DNA of 64,000 bases from Fidelibacterota bacterium. Lineage in GTDB: Bacteria > Pseudomonadota > Alphaproteobacteria > Rhodospirillales > Rhodospirillaceae. Below are positions 48,326 through 58,326 of this stretch, one piece after another. Position numbers and translations under genes: made by a program. Where the stretch lies: positions 69,189 through 133,188 of the forward strand of contig CANJPQ010000003.1 in NCBI GenBank assembly GCA_947476275.1. Direction: 5' to 3'. How positions within the stretch are numbered: the first letter of the stretch is position 1; every line of letters starts with the position of its first letter. The notes beneath the pieces are model-generated. The model worked only from the letters and a program-made list of their open reading frames with translations. It was not told where the DNA came from and did not search any database.

Positions 48326-51300
48326 GTGAGCGGAACGGAGCCCGCGGCGTTGGCCCAAGGCATGACGAAATTTTGGCTGAGGTCGGTCGAGGCGGTGCTG
48401 CTGGCGCTGTTCCTCGTGCTGGCCCTGCTTACCTGGCGCCTGAGCAAAGGGCCGCTGCCGCTCGATCCGCTCGCGCCCTATATAGAGAACGCACTCACCT
48501 ATATGCAGCCGAACGTGCGGCTGAAGATCGGCCATGCCGCGTTGCAGTGGCAGGACCTGGGCCGACGCCCGGTCCTGACGGTGCGCGACGTACAGGCGCG
48601 CGACGCGCGGGGCGTCATCGCCGCCATTCCGCGCATGGAAGTCGAACTCGCGCTGGCCCCGCTGCTGCGCGGCGCGATCGTGCCGGAGCAGATCTCCCTC
48701 GCCAACCCGGTCTTGCGGGTGGCGCGTCGTGCCGACGGTACGTTCGCGTTCGGGCTCGCGCCGGCGGATGTAGACCCGACTGCCGATGCGGCTGCCGAAC
48801 CCACAGCCGAGAACGGCGTGATCGGCAACGTGCTGATCGAAGCGCTCACACATCCCGCCAGCCAGGACAACAGTGCCGGCTATCTCCAGCGCGTTGCTAT
48901 CACGCATTCGATGCTGGTGGTGCTCGACCAGGCGACCAATCGGCGGTGGATTGTGCCGGACGCGAGCCTGAACCTGGAGCGCTCCGGTGCCGACGTCGCG
49001 ATCTCCGCGACGCTGCCGGTGGTCGACAACGATCGGCCGTGGACCATCAAAGCCAACGGGCGCTATGTGGCGGCGAGCCGTGCGCTCGATATCTCGTTCG
49101 ATCTCGACAAGTTCCATCCTTCGGGCATTTCCGAACTGGCCGCACAGTTGCATCCGTTGCGGGCGGTCGACTTGGGGCTCTCTGGCAAGGTCAATATGCG
49201 GCTCGCGCTGGCGGCGGAAGGGGCGAAGCTCGAGCAGGTCACGTTCGACATCAAAGGCGGCGAGGGCAATCTCGTCATGCCGGCGCCGGTCAATCGCGCC
49301 TATGCGGTGAAGGAGCTCACCATCAAGGGCCGCATCGCCGGCATGCTCGATCAGATCACGCTGGAGACCCTGCGGATCGCGCTTGCGGACGGGACCCAGG
49401 CTGGCCCTGTCCTGACCGTCACCGGCAAGGGCGACGATCTCAATACGGCGCCTGCCATCGTGCTCGATATCGGCCTGGAGACCTTGACCCTCGATATGCT
49501 CAAGCGCTACTGGCCCACGGGAGCAAAAGAGAACACGCGCCAGTGGATCGTCAAAAATCTCGACGGCGGATCGCTGTCGGAGAGCCGCTTCCACGTCGCG
49601 CTCGGCGGGCCGCGGCTTGAGGATCTAGATCTGAGCGACCTTCGCGGCAGTTCGGTCCTGAGCGGAATCGCGGTGACGTATATGAAGCAGATGCCACCGG
49701 TGGAGAATACCTCCGCCGTGCTCAGCATCTCGCCCAAGGAAGTGGCGATCGTCCTCTCCGATGGCACTGTCCCTGACGCGCAGAGCGGCAAGGGCATTCG
49801 CGTGCGCAATGGCTCCGTGCGTATGACGGAGCTTGGCTCCGACCATGAACGTGCCCACGTCGCGCTCGATCTCGGCGGCGAGTTCGGCGAGGTGATGCGG
49901 CTGATCGACCATGAGCCCCTGGGGTATGCCACAATCATGGGGATCGATCCGAAGACCGTGCGTGGCGATGCGGTGGTCAATCTCGATATTGCCTTTCCAC
50001 TGATCAACAACCTCAAGCTCGATCAGCTCAGCCTCGCCGTGAAGGCCAAGGTGGACGGCGGCCAGATCCCGTCTGTCGCGTTCGGCCAGCCGCTGACCGA
50101 TAGCCACTTGTCCATGGTGCTCGACCGCAAAGGCATGGACGTGACGGGCACCGTTGCACTTGCCGGAATCCCGGCCAACCTCACGTGGCGCGAGAACTTC
50201 GGCGGCGGCGAATTCCGCAGCCGCTACGATGTGGACGCGACGCTCGATAACAAGCAGCGGCCGTTGGTGTCGCTCACGTCGCCGATCTTCGCCGCGCCGT
50301 ATGTGGACGGCTTGGTTCATGCCCATGTCGTCTATACGAGCTATCGCGACGGCACTGGGACGATTGAGTCCAGCGCCGACCTCAAGGATGCGGAAGTCGC
50401 GATCCGTCAACTCGGCTGGATCAAGCCGCCCGGCGAGAAGGCCCACGCCACCGCATCGGCGACGGTGATGAAGGACCAACTGACCGGGGTGCAGAAGTTC
50501 GAGCTGATCGCAGGCGAGGCCATCGCCCTTGCGGGGGCCGCGACATTCGACGGCGACGGCGCGCTGTCGACGTTGAAGATGACGCGGGCCCATGTGAACG
50601 ACACAACCGTGACCGGCGAAATGGCGCGCGATCAAACCGGCCGCTATCAGGTCGATGTGCGCGGCAAGGCGTTCAACTCGACCTACTTCTGGAAAGAACT
50701 GGGCCGGGACGACAACCGCGGCAGCGCGGAGACGCAAGCCAAGACGCCCATGACCGTACGGGCCGCGTTCGATCGTATGTGGCTGGCGAAGGAGGGCGAT
50801 TTCCAGGACGTCCGCTTGGTCTATAGCCAGGGTCGCGCGGGCATCGAGGACATCGAGCTGGCCACCAACGTCGACGGTGCCGCGCCCTTCACCTTTAGGC
50901 TCGGCACGCGAGACGGCAAGCGTAGCTTCCACGGCGAGAGCGCCAACGGCGGCGGCGTGGTGCGCGCGGTCGGCCTGTTCAATGACATCGTCGGCGGCAA
51001 GCTGAAGATCGACGGCGACGTGGCGCAGGACGGGTCGATCAAGGGCCGCGCCGATATCGCCGATCTCAAACTGGTGCAGGCGCCGCTGGTGGCGCGACTT
51101 CTGTCGGTCGCGGCGCTGACCGGCATTGTCGACGAACTGAACGGCAAGGGGATTTCTTTCAAGCTCCTGCGCGTGCCCTTCACCTATGCGAAATCCACGC
51201 TGCAAATCTCAGACGGCGAGATGATCGGCACGTCGCTCGGTCTTACGGGCAAGGGCACCTACAGCTTCGCCGAAAGTCAGATGAACATCGACGGCACCAT

Positions 51301-51568
51301 CGTGCCGGCCTATCGCATCAACAGCCTGATGAGCGGTATTCCACTGCTGGGCACGTTGCTGACCGGTGGCGAGAAGGGCGGGGGCATCATCGCCGCCACC
51401 TACAGCTACAAGGGCGATCCGGCAACGGCGCAGCCGAGCGTCAATCCGCTGGCGGCGCTCGCGCCGGGCTTCACGCGCCGCTTCTTCGAGATCTTCAAGA
51501 GCAAGCCGCCGCAGTCCGCGGCCACCCCCGACAAGCCGGCGAAGAAGACCGAGCCGGAGCCGAACTAA
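48326..51568 (+). CDS. AsmA/YhdP-like large envelope protein (DUF3971-type)
   Basis: 1080 aa with a single N-terminal TM helix (AVLLALFLVLALLTW) followed by a long beta-rich region. C-terminal ...GGIIAATYSYKGDPATAQPSVNPLAALAPGF. An alternative ATG lies at 48362. Confidence 0.75.
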   Translation: MSGTEPAALAQGMTKFWLRSVEAVLLALFLVLALLTWRLSKGPLPLDPLAPYIENALTYMQPNVRLKIGHAALQWQDLGRRPVLTVRDVQARDARGVIAAIPRMEVELALAPLLRGAIVPEQISLANPVLRVARRADGTFAFGLAPADVDPTADAAAEPTAENGVIGNVLIEALTHPASQDNSAGYLQRVAITHSMLVVLDQATNRRWIVPDASLNLERSGADVAISATLPVVDNDRPWTIKANGRYVAASRALDISFDLDKFHPSGISELAAQLHPLRAVDLGLSGKVNMRLALAAEGAKLEQVTFDIKGGEGNLVMPAPVNRAYAVKELTIKGRIAGMLDQITLETLRIALADGTQAGPVLTVTGKGDDLNTAPAIVLDIGLETLTLDMLKRYWPTGAKENTRQWIVKNLDGGSLSESRFHVALGGPRLEDLDLSDLRGSSVLSGIAVTYMKQMPPVENTSAVLSISPKEVAIVLSDGTVPDAQSGKGIRVRNGSVRMTELGSDHERAHVALDLGGEFGEVMRLIDHEPLGYATIMGIDPKTVRGDAVVNLDIAFPLINNLKLDQLSLAVKAKVDGGQIPSVAFGQPLTDSHLSMVLDRKGMDVTGTVALAGIPANLTWRENFGGGEFRSRYDVDATLDNKQRPLVSLTSPIFAAPYVDGLVHAHVVYTSYRDGTGTIESSADLKDAEVAIRQLGWIKPPGEKAHATASATVMKDQLTGVQKFELIAGEAIALAGAATFDGDGALSTLKMTRAHVNDTTVTGEMARDQTGRYQVDVRGKAFNSTYFWKELGRDDNRGSAETQAKTPMTVRAAFDRMWLAKEGDFQDVRLVYSQGRAGIEDIELATNVDGAAPFTFRLGTRDGKRSFHGESANGGGVVRAVGLFNDIVGGKLKIDGDVAQDGSIKGRADIADLKLVQAPLVARLLSVAALTGIVDELNGKGISFKLLRVPFTYAKSTLQISDGEMIGTSLGLTGKGTYSFAESQMNIDGTIVPAYRINSLMSGIPLLGTLLTGGEKGGGIIAATYSYKGDPATAQPSVNPLAALAPGFTRRFFEIFKSKPPQSAATPDKPAKKTEPEPN

Positions 51569-51767
51569 GGCGACGACTCGTTTTCGACCCATCCACACCT
51601 CAATCGCTCCCGCGCATTTACGCGCCAATTACGCGGCAAGATTTTTGCGCTGCTTCAGCCGCGAATTTTCAGATTCACCACCAAAGAACAAACAATGAAC
51701 ATAGCGCGGGCGCGGCGGTTCGTCCACGGTCGCGGTCTGTGCACTTTCGGAGAGGTGCAGGTCCCAT

Positions 51768-51889
51768 CGTCACCCTCGGGCTTGTCGCGAGGGCCCAGGG
51801 TTTCTGAGCTCGATATTTGCGGAATCGTCATGCCGTTGCGGCCGTCGAGCGGCCCGCCCTGGGTCCACGGGTCAAGCCCGAGGGCGACG
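51768..51889. repeat. 122-nt nested inverted-repeat element (long hairpin) between convergent genes
   Basis: Outer arms CGTCACCCTCGGGCTTG / CAAGCCCGAGGGCGACG (16/17). Inner arms GGGCCCAGGG / CCCTGGGTCC (9/10). Confidence 0.6.
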
Positions 51890-51896
51890 GTATTGG

Positions 51897-53147
51897 TTAA
51901 ACCACCCGCACCAAGGCGATGCGCTTTTTGCCGGCGCTGAGTTTGATGACGCCGTCGGTTGCGGCGTCGGTATTCACGGATGCGTTCTCGTCGTCGATCT
52001 TTTGATCGTTGAGCTTCGCACCGCCGCCGCGCACGAGGCGGCGGGCTTCGCCGTTGCTGGCGGCGAGGCCGGCGCGGTGGAACAGGGACCAGATCGGCAT
52101 ACCCGCGCCGAATTCCGCGGCGGGAATCTCAACCGTCGGCAGATCGTCGCCGATGCCGCCTTGCTCGAACGTGCGGCGCGCCGTTTCGGCGGCTTCCTCC
52201 GCGGCGGCGCGGCCGTGCAGCAGCGCGGTCGCTTCAAGGGCGAGCACTTTCTTGGCGTCGTTGATCTCCGCACCGGCGAGTGCTTCCAGCTTGGCGATCT
52301 CGTCGAGCGAGAGGTCCGTGAACAGCTTCAGGAAGCGGCCAACGTCGGCGTCTTCGGTGTTGCGCCAGAACTGGTAGTAGCCGTAGGGCGCAAGGCGCTC
52401 AGGCTTCAGCCACACCGCACCCGCAGCGGTCTTGCCCATCTTCGCGCCGGAGGCAGTTGTGATCAGCGGCGAGGTGAAGCCGAACACCTGCGCTTCGCCG
52501 ATGCGGCGGGCGAGCTCCACGCCTTGCACGATATTGCCCCACTGATCCGATCCGCCCAGCTGCAAGGTGCAGCCGGTGCGCTTGAACAGTTCCAGGAAGT
52601 CGTAGCCCTGGAGGATCATGTAGTTGAACTCGAGGAAGGTCAGCGGCTGCTCGCGGTCGAGCCGCATTTTCACGCTGTCCATGGTCAGCATGCGATTGAT
52701 CGTGAAGTGCCGGCCGACTTCGCGCAGAAATGGGATGTACTGCAGCCCGTCCAGCCAATCGGCGTTGTTCGACAGGATCGCATCCTTTGGGCCCGTGCCG
52801 AAGGTGAGGAACCGGTCGAAGATCGTTTGGATCGAGGCGATGTTCGCGTTGATGGTTTCGTCCGTGAGGAGCTGGCGCGATTCTTCCTTGCCGGATGGAT
52901 CGCCGATCTTGGTGGTGCCGCCGCCCATAAGCGCGATCGGCCGGTGGCCGGTCTTCTGCATCCAGCGCAGCATCATGATCTGCAGCAGGCTGCCGACGTG
53001 AAGGGAGTCCGCGGTCGCGTCGAAACCGATGTAACCGGTGACGACGTCCTTCGCGGCTTTGGCGTCCAGCCCCTCCAGGTCCGTGCATTGATGCAGGAAC
53101 CCGCGGGCGGACAGCGTCTGGACAAGCTCGGAACGGAAGGTCGACAT
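51897..53147 (-). CDS. tyrS: tyrosine--tRNA ligase
   Basis: HIGH-type motif (LHVGSL), KMSKS-type motif (KMGKT), and a C-terminal S4-like domain. Confidence 0.97.
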   Translation of the reverse strand: MSTFRSELVQTLSARGFLHQCTDLEGLDAKAAKDVVTGYIGFDATADSLHVGSLLQIMMLRWMQKTGHRPIALMGGGTTKIGDPSGKEESRQLLTDETINANIASIQTIFDRFLTFGTGPKDAILSNNADWLDGLQYIPFLREVGRHFTINRMLTMDSVKMRLDREQPLTFLEFNYMILQGYDFLELFKRTGCTLQLGGSDQWGNIVQGVELARRIGEAQVFGFTSPLITTASGAKMGKTAAGAVWLKPERLAPYGYYQFWRNTEDADVGRFLKLFTDLSLDEIAKLEALAGAEINDAKKVLALEATALLHGRAAAEEAAETARRTFEQGGIGDDLPTVEIPAAEFGAGMPIWSLFHRAGLAASNGEARRLVRGGGAKLNDQKIDDENASVNTDAATDGVIKLSAGKKRIALVRVV

Positions 53148-53229
53148 CGCGGCGGCTCGCGGCTTTATATGTTATCTTTGCGGCGGGCGGTGCTTAGCAC
53201 ACCTATCAGCCGGGAGACAAATCAGGCCC

Positions 53230-54324
53230 ATGGAGCGAAACGTGGTCGAGAAAAGTGCCCCTGTGCGTGTCATTGGGCTGATGAGCGGCACCTCCATGGA
53301 CGGCATTGATGCCGCCTTTTTGGAAACGGACGGCCAGGACGTGGTCCGGGCTGGGGCCGCGGTTTCGATCCCATTCGAAAAGGACTTCCGCCGCCGCCTG
53401 GGGGCGTTCGTCGGCAGTGCGCCGGAGCGCGACGCGGTGGACGCGGCCGCCATCGAACAGGAGATGACCGACCTCCATGCGGATGCGGTGCGGTCGCTGA
53501 CCAAGCAGGTTGGTGCGGTCGATCTGATCGGCTTCCACGGCCAGACCGTTTGGCATCGCCCGGCCCAGCGACAAACGTGGCAGATGGGCGACGGCGCACG
53601 CCTCGCCAAGGCGCTGAACGTTCCGGTCGTCTTCGATTTCCGCAGCGAGGATGTGCGCGCCGGTGGGCAGGGCGCACCACTGCTGCCGGTCTATCACGCG
53701 GCCCTGGTCGGCGAAGGGGCTCGCGCCGCGGTGCTCAATCTCGGCGGTGTCGGCAATCTGACCTGGGTGGATCGCGCGAGCGGCAGTCTGATCGGCTTCG
53801 ACACCGGGCCGGGCAATGGTTTGATCGACGACTGGGTGTTCGCGAAGCGCGGCGTGTCCATGGACAGGAACGGCGCGATCGCTGCGGCGGGCCGCGTGAA
53901 CGATGCTGCGCTGGCGAAGTTGCTCGATCATCCGTACTTCACCGCAGCCGTGCCAAAGTCGCTGGATCGCTTCGCTTTCAGCACGGCGCCGGTGGCGGAT
54001 CTGTCGGCGGAAGATGGCGCTGCGACGTTGACCGCCTTCACCGCTGCGACGGTGGCGCTGGCGCTGCGGGTGTGTCCGGCGATCCCGGCGAAATTGCTTG
54101 TCACAGGCGGCGGCCGGCACAATCCGACGCTGATGCGGGAGCTGAAAGCGCGCGCCGGCGTCGAGGTGGCGCCGGTGGAATCAGTCGGCTGGCAGGGCGA
54201 TGCCCTGGAAGCGCAAGGCTTCGCCTATATGGCGGTGAGATGCTTGAAGAAGCTGCCGATCACATTTCCCGGCACGACGGGGGTGCGGGCGCCGATGACC
54301 GGCGGACGGGTCGTCGCGCCTTAG
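53230..54324 (+). CDS. anmK: anhydro-N-acetylmuramic acid kinase
   Basis: VIGLMSGTSMDGIDAA...; 364 aa; divergent from tyrS. Confidence 0.9.
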   Translation: MERNVVEKSAPVRVIGLMSGTSMDGIDAAFLETDGQDVVRAGAAVSIPFEKDFRRRLGAFVGSAPERDAVDAAAIEQEMTDLHADAVRSLTKQVGAVDLIGFHGQTVWHRPAQRQTWQMGDGARLAKALNVPVVFDFRSEDVRAGGQGAPLLPVYHAALVGEGARAAVLNLGGVGNLTWVDRASGSLIGFDTGPGNGLIDDWVFAKRGVSMDRNGAIAAAGRVNDAALAKLLDHPYFTAAVPKSLDRFAFSTAPVADLSAEDGAATLTAFTAATVALALRVCPAIPAKLLVTGGGRHNPTLMRELKARAGVEVAPVESVGWQGDALEAQGFAYMAVRCLKKLPITFPGTTGVRAPMTGGRVVAP

Positions 54325-55004
54325 CCCGCGACGGCCTTGCGCTTACCGATGCCGGTTCCGGTGCCGTGGCCCATGCGGGCATCGAGGTAGGTGCTGACGT
54401 CATGGACCATGTCGTCCATGTTGTCCTTGAAGAAGTGGTTGGCGCCCTTCACCAAGTGGTAGTCGATCACGATGTTCTTCTGCAGCTTGAGCTTGTTGGC
54501 GAGCTTTTCCACGGCGGGCTCCGGGACCACGTCGTCTTCGGTGCCCTGGAGGATGAGTCCGGAGGACGGGCAGGGGGCCAGGAAGCTGAAGTCGTACATG
54601 TTGGCGGGCGGGGCCACCGAAATGAAACCCTCGATTTCGGGACGGCGCATCAGCAGTTGCATGCCGATCCAGGCGCCGAAGGAGAACCCGGCCACCCAGC
54701 ACGCCGCTGCATTCGGGTTCACGGACTGCAACCAGTCCAGGGCCGAGGCGGCATCGGACAGTTCGCCCAGGCCGTTATCGAACTCGCCTTGCGACCGGCC
54801 AACGCCCCGGAAGTTGAAACGCAGGACAGAAAAACCTTTTTTTACAAAGACATAGTACAGGTTGTAGGCAACCTTGTTGTTCATCGTCCCGCCATGCTGC
54901 GGGTGCGGATGCAGGATGATCGCGATCGGCGCCCGCGGCGTATCGCTATGGTGATAGCGGCCTTCCAGGCGGCCTTCGGGGCCGGCAAAGATGACTTCGG
55001 GCAT
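54321..55004 (-). CDS. alpha/beta hydrolase
   Basis: Nucleophile elbow GFSFG; NFRGVGRSQG; C-terminal GANHFF. Confidence 0.8.
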   Translation of the reverse strand: MPEVIFAGPEGRLEGRYHHSDTPRAPIAIILHPHPQHGGTMNNKVAYNLYYVFVKKGFSVLRFNFRGVGRSQGEFDNGLGELSDAASALDWLQSVNPNAAACWVAGFSFGAWIGMQLLMRRPEIEGFISVAPPANMYDFSFLAPCPSSGLILQGTEDDVVPEPAVEKLANKLKLQKNIVIDYHLVKGANHFFKDNMDDMVHDVSTYLDARMGHGTGTGIGKRKAVAG

Positions 55005-55250
55005 GGCGGAATCCTTATCGGAACGGAGGCCTTATTTAGGGGAATGGCCCCCAGAGTGCAAAGATAAACGCTTGGATTAAGGGGGCGGCGTGGGTTTCGA
55101 AATGAAAAGGGCGAATTGATCCAGATACCGCAATGCACCGTACTCATTAGGGGTATGAGCGGCGAGTGGCCGTCAGAGTGCCCGTTTTGCGGTCAGGTGT
55201 TATGCGCGCAGATGAGTTTGGTATGCGCGCACCATATAGGAGAACGGCCG

Positions 55251-55661
55251 ATGCGGAATTCTTCGAAGGCGCGATATGCGGTGGCGGCCTTGGTCGACTT
55301 GGCACTGCAACAGTCCCGGCGCCCGACGGCCCTGGCGGACATTGCCAAGCGCCAGGACATTTCAATCTCCTATCTTGAGCAACTGTTCGCCCGTCTGCGG
55401 CATGCGGGCTTGATCCGCAGCGTGCGCGGGCCGGGCGGCGGGTATGTGCTGTCACGCGCCGCGATCGACATTTCTGTCGCCGAAATCTGCGCCGCTGTGA
55501 CGACTGGCGATGAAGCGCCGGTGGAGCCGGGCTCAGGTCCGGTCCAGGCCCGGACGGCCGCGTTGTGGCGCTCGGTCGATACGGAGACCGGCCATGTGCT
55601 GCAAGGCATCAGCCTGCAGCAGGTCCTCGACGGCGCGGACGGACAGTCGGTCGCCGCCTAA
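55251..55661 (+). CDS. Rrf2 family transcriptional regulator without the Cys cluster triad
   Basis: SSKARYAVAALVDLAL...ISISYLEQLFARLRHAGLIRSVRGPGGGY. Only one Cys in the protein. AGGAGA Shine-Dalgarno. Start trimmed from 55116. Confidence 0.85.
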   Translation: MRNSSKARYAVAALVDLALQQSRRPTALADIAKRQDISISYLEQLFARLRHAGLIRSVRGPGGGYVLSRAAIDISVAEICAAVTTGDEAPVEPGSGPVQARTAALWRSVDTETGHVLQGISLQQVLDGADGQSVAA

Positions 55662-55704
55662 CAACGGTTTCTACCGACCGTGCGCTGCGTGCTAAAAGCG
55701 CGCC

Positions 55705-56808
55705 ATGCGTGCGCCCATTTATCTCGACTATAACGCGACCGCGCCATTGCGGCCCGCCGTGCGCGCGCGCGTCGCGGATGCGCTGGACCGCTTCGGCAAT
55801 CCCTCGTCGATCCATCGCGCCGGGCGGGCGGCGCGCGCCCTGATCGAGGATGCGCGCGAGCGCGTCGCGACCGCGGTGAATGCGGCCCCGGCACAGGTGG
55901 TGTTCACCTCGGGCGGCACGGAAGCCAATGGGCTCGCGTTGCGCGGCATTGCCCATAGCGCCGTGATTGCCTGCGGTATCGAACATGTGTCCGTGCTCGC
56001 GCACGTCAGCGACGCGAACCGCATCGCGGCGACGCCCGATGGGCGTATCGATCTCGCGGCGCTGGAAGCGAAGCTTGCGGTCACGCCGGATGCGCTGGTG
56101 GCGATCATGCTGGCGAACAACGAGACCGGCGCGATTCAACCAGTCACCGAAGTCGTGGCGTTAGCGCGGCAGTTCGGCGCCAAGGTCCACTGCGACGCGG
56201 TGCAGGCGCTCGGGAAAATGCCGATCGACCTGAAAACGCTCGGTGTCGATAGCGTCAGCCTGTCGGCGCACAAGATTGGTGGCCTGAAGGGGGCCGGCGC
56301 GCTGGTGCTCGCGCCGGGAGTCGAGCCGGCGGCGGAGATGGTCGGCGGCGGTCAAGAGCGCCGGCGTCGCGCCGGCACGGAGAACACCGTGGGCATTGCC
56401 GCGTTCGGTGCGGCGGCGGAAGACGTCCCCGCACTATTGCAGGCCATGCCCCAGGTGACGGCCTTGCGCGACCGACTGGAAGCGGCGCTGCACGGTGTCG
56501 CGACGTTCGGCACGACGGGTCCACGACTTGGCAACACGGCCTGTTTTGCACTGGCGGGCCAGTCGAGTGAGTCCCGACTCATCGCCCTGGATCTGGCGGG
56601 CATCGCGGTCAGCGCCGGGTCTGCCTGTTCCTCGGGTAAGGTGGCGGCCTCCCATGTGCTTCTGGCGATGGGCATTTCGGCGGATCTCGCCAATTGCGCG
56701 CTGCGAGTCAGCCTCGGGTGGGAGACGACAGCGGCGGAAATCGATGCGTTTCTCGGGGCCTTTTCGGGTGCGTGGGGGCGTGCCCTGGCGGATACCGCCG
56801 GCACCTGA
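55705..56808 (+). CDS. cysteine desulfurase (NifS/IscS-like)
   Basis: IYLDYNATAP; PLP lysine in SLSAHKIGG; active-site loop SAGSACSSG. Confidence 0.9.
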   Translation: MRAPIYLDYNATAPLRPAVRARVADALDRFGNPSSIHRAGRAARALIEDARERVATAVNAAPAQVVFTSGGTEANGLALRGIAHSAVIACGIEHVSVLAHVSDANRIAATPDGRIDLAALEAKLAVTPDALVAIMLANNETGAIQPVTEVVALARQFGAKVHCDAVQALGKMPIDLKTLGVDSVSLSAHKIGGLKGAGALVLAPGVEPAAEMVGGGQERRRRAGTENTVGIAAFGAAAEDVPALLQAMPQVTALRDRLEAALHGVATFGTTGPRLGNTACFALAGQSSESRLIALDLAGIAVSAGSACSSGKVAASHVLLAMGISADLANCALRVSLGWETTAAEIDAFLGAFSGAWGRALADTAGT

Positions 56809-56822
56809 TAGGAAGCGCGCGC

Positions 56823-57152
56823 ATGGTCAAAGTGGTTTTCATCGAGCGGAACGGCAACCGGCGCGAACTGGACGCGGCGCCGGACACCACGCTATTGCGC
56901 GTGGCGCAAACAGCGGGGCTGGACATGGAAGGCGCCTGCGAAGGCTCCATGGCCTGCTCGACCTGCCATGTGCTGGTGGAGCCGGAGTGGTTCGACAAGC
57001 TGCGGGCCGCCAGTGTGGCGGAAGATGACATGCTTGACCTTACCTATGGCGTCGCGCGCACATCGCGGCTCGCCTGTCAGATCATCGTCACGCCGGATAT
57101 GGACGGACTGACCGTGCGTCTGCCGACCGCCACGCGCAACATGATGGGCTAG
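56823..57152 (+). CDS. 2Fe-2S ferredoxin, adrenodoxin type
   Basis: [14 protein letters not shown]...SRLACQ (C-x5-C-x2-C...C); 109 aa. Start trimmed from 56694. Confidence 0.9.
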   Translation: MVKVVFIERNGNRRELDAAPDTTLLRVAQTAGLDMEGACEGSMACSTCHVLVEPEWFDKLRAASVAEDDMLDLTYGVARTSRLACQIIVTPDMDGLTVRLPTATRNMMG

Positions 57153-57157
57153 GGATC

Positions 57158-58324
57158 ATGACGCGCAACTCTCTTGGGTTCGACAAGCCGCCCTCGGAAA
57201 CACGCGTGGTTGTCGCCATGTCCGGCGGCGTGGACAGTTCCGTGGTCGCTGCGATGCTGGCGGCTGAAGGATACGACGTGATCGGGCTGACGATGCAGCT
57301 CTACGATCACGGCGCCGCCACCAGCAAGAGCAAAGCCTGTTGCGCAGGCCAAGATATTTACGATGCGCGTCGCGTCGCCGACCGGGTCGGCATTCCGCAC
57401 TACGTTGTCGACTATGAAGGCACCTTCCAGCGCGACGTGATGGAGCGCTTCGCAGATTCCTATGTGAACGGCGAAACGCCGGTGCCTTGCATCCTGTGCA
57501 ATCAGACCGTGAAGTTCCGCGACCTGCTCAAGGCGGCGCAAGATTTGAAGGCGGATGCGTTGGCCACGGGCCACTACATCCGCCGCGCCGAAGGTCCCAA
57601 CGGCCCTGAGTTGCGCCGCGCGGTGGATGCTGATCGCGATCAGAGTTACTTCCTGTTCGCCACCACGTCTGCGCAATTGCAGATGCTGCGCTTTCCGCTC
57701 GGTGATCTTACCAAGCCGGCGACGCGGGCGCTGGCGCAGACATATGGCCTCGCGGTTGCCGACAAGGCGGACAGCCAAGACATCTGCTTCGTGCCTAACG
57801 GCAATTATGCCGACGTGATCGCAAAGCTGCGCCCGGAAGCAGCGGTGGCGGGCGATATCGTGCATTTGGACGGGCGCGTGCTGGGCCGCCACAAGGGCAT
57901 CATTCATTTTACGGTCGGCCAACGCCGCGGTCTTGGCGTCGGCGGCGAGGTGGAGCCGGTCTACGTCATCCGCATCGTGCCGGAAACAGCGCAGGTGATT
58001 GTCGGGCCGAAAGAGGCGCTCATGGAAAGTGCCTTTGCAGTGCATGGCATCAATTGGCTGGCGCAGGGCGCGGGCCCGACGGAAGACGGCATGGCCGTGA
58101 CGGTGAAGCTACGCAACACGCAGCCGCCGATTCCGGCGCAGGTGTTCGGCGAACCCGGCGGACGCGCGCGCGTGGTACTGACGTCGGCGGAAGCCGCGGT
58201 GACGCCCGGTCAGGCGTGCGTGATGTACGATGGCGACCGCGTGCTCGGCGGCGGCTGGATCGAACGTCCGGCCGCGCAGCGCCCGCTCAACCAGCGCCGC
58301 GAGGTGGCCGCCCTCGGTGCCTGA
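57158..58324 (+). CDS. mnmA: tRNA 2-thiouridine(34) synthase MnmA (CxxC-type)
   Basis: PP-loop [10 protein letters not shown]; PCILCN; DSQDICF. Confidence 0.95.
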   Translation: MTRNSLGFDKPPSETRVVVAMSGGVDSSVVAAMLAAEGYDVIGLTMQLYDHGAATSKSKACCAGQDIYDARRVADRVGIPHYVVDYEGTFQRDVMERFADSYVNGETPVPCILCNQTVKFRDLLKAAQDLKADALATGHYIRRAEGPNGPELRRAVDADRDQSYFLFATTSAQLQMLRFPLGDLTKPATRALAQTYGLAVADKADSQDICFVPNGNYADVIAKLRPEAAVAGDIVHLDGRVLGRHKGIIHFTVGQRRGLGVGGEVEPVYVIRIVPETAQVIVGPKEALMESAFAVHGINWLAQGAGPTEDGMAVTVKLRNTQPPIPAQVFGEPGGRARVVLTSAEAAVTPGQACVMYDGDRVLGGGWIERPAAQRPLNQRREVAALGA

Positions 58325-58326
58325 CT

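Noticed and set aside
49625-51205. 526-aa minus-strand ORF opposite the AsmA-like gene
   Set aside because: It is an antisense shadow ORF.
51695-51940. 81-aa ORF in the AsmA-like/tyrS intergenic region
   Set aside because: It is generated by the nested inverted-repeat element and runs into the tyrS 3' end. The composition is not protein-like.
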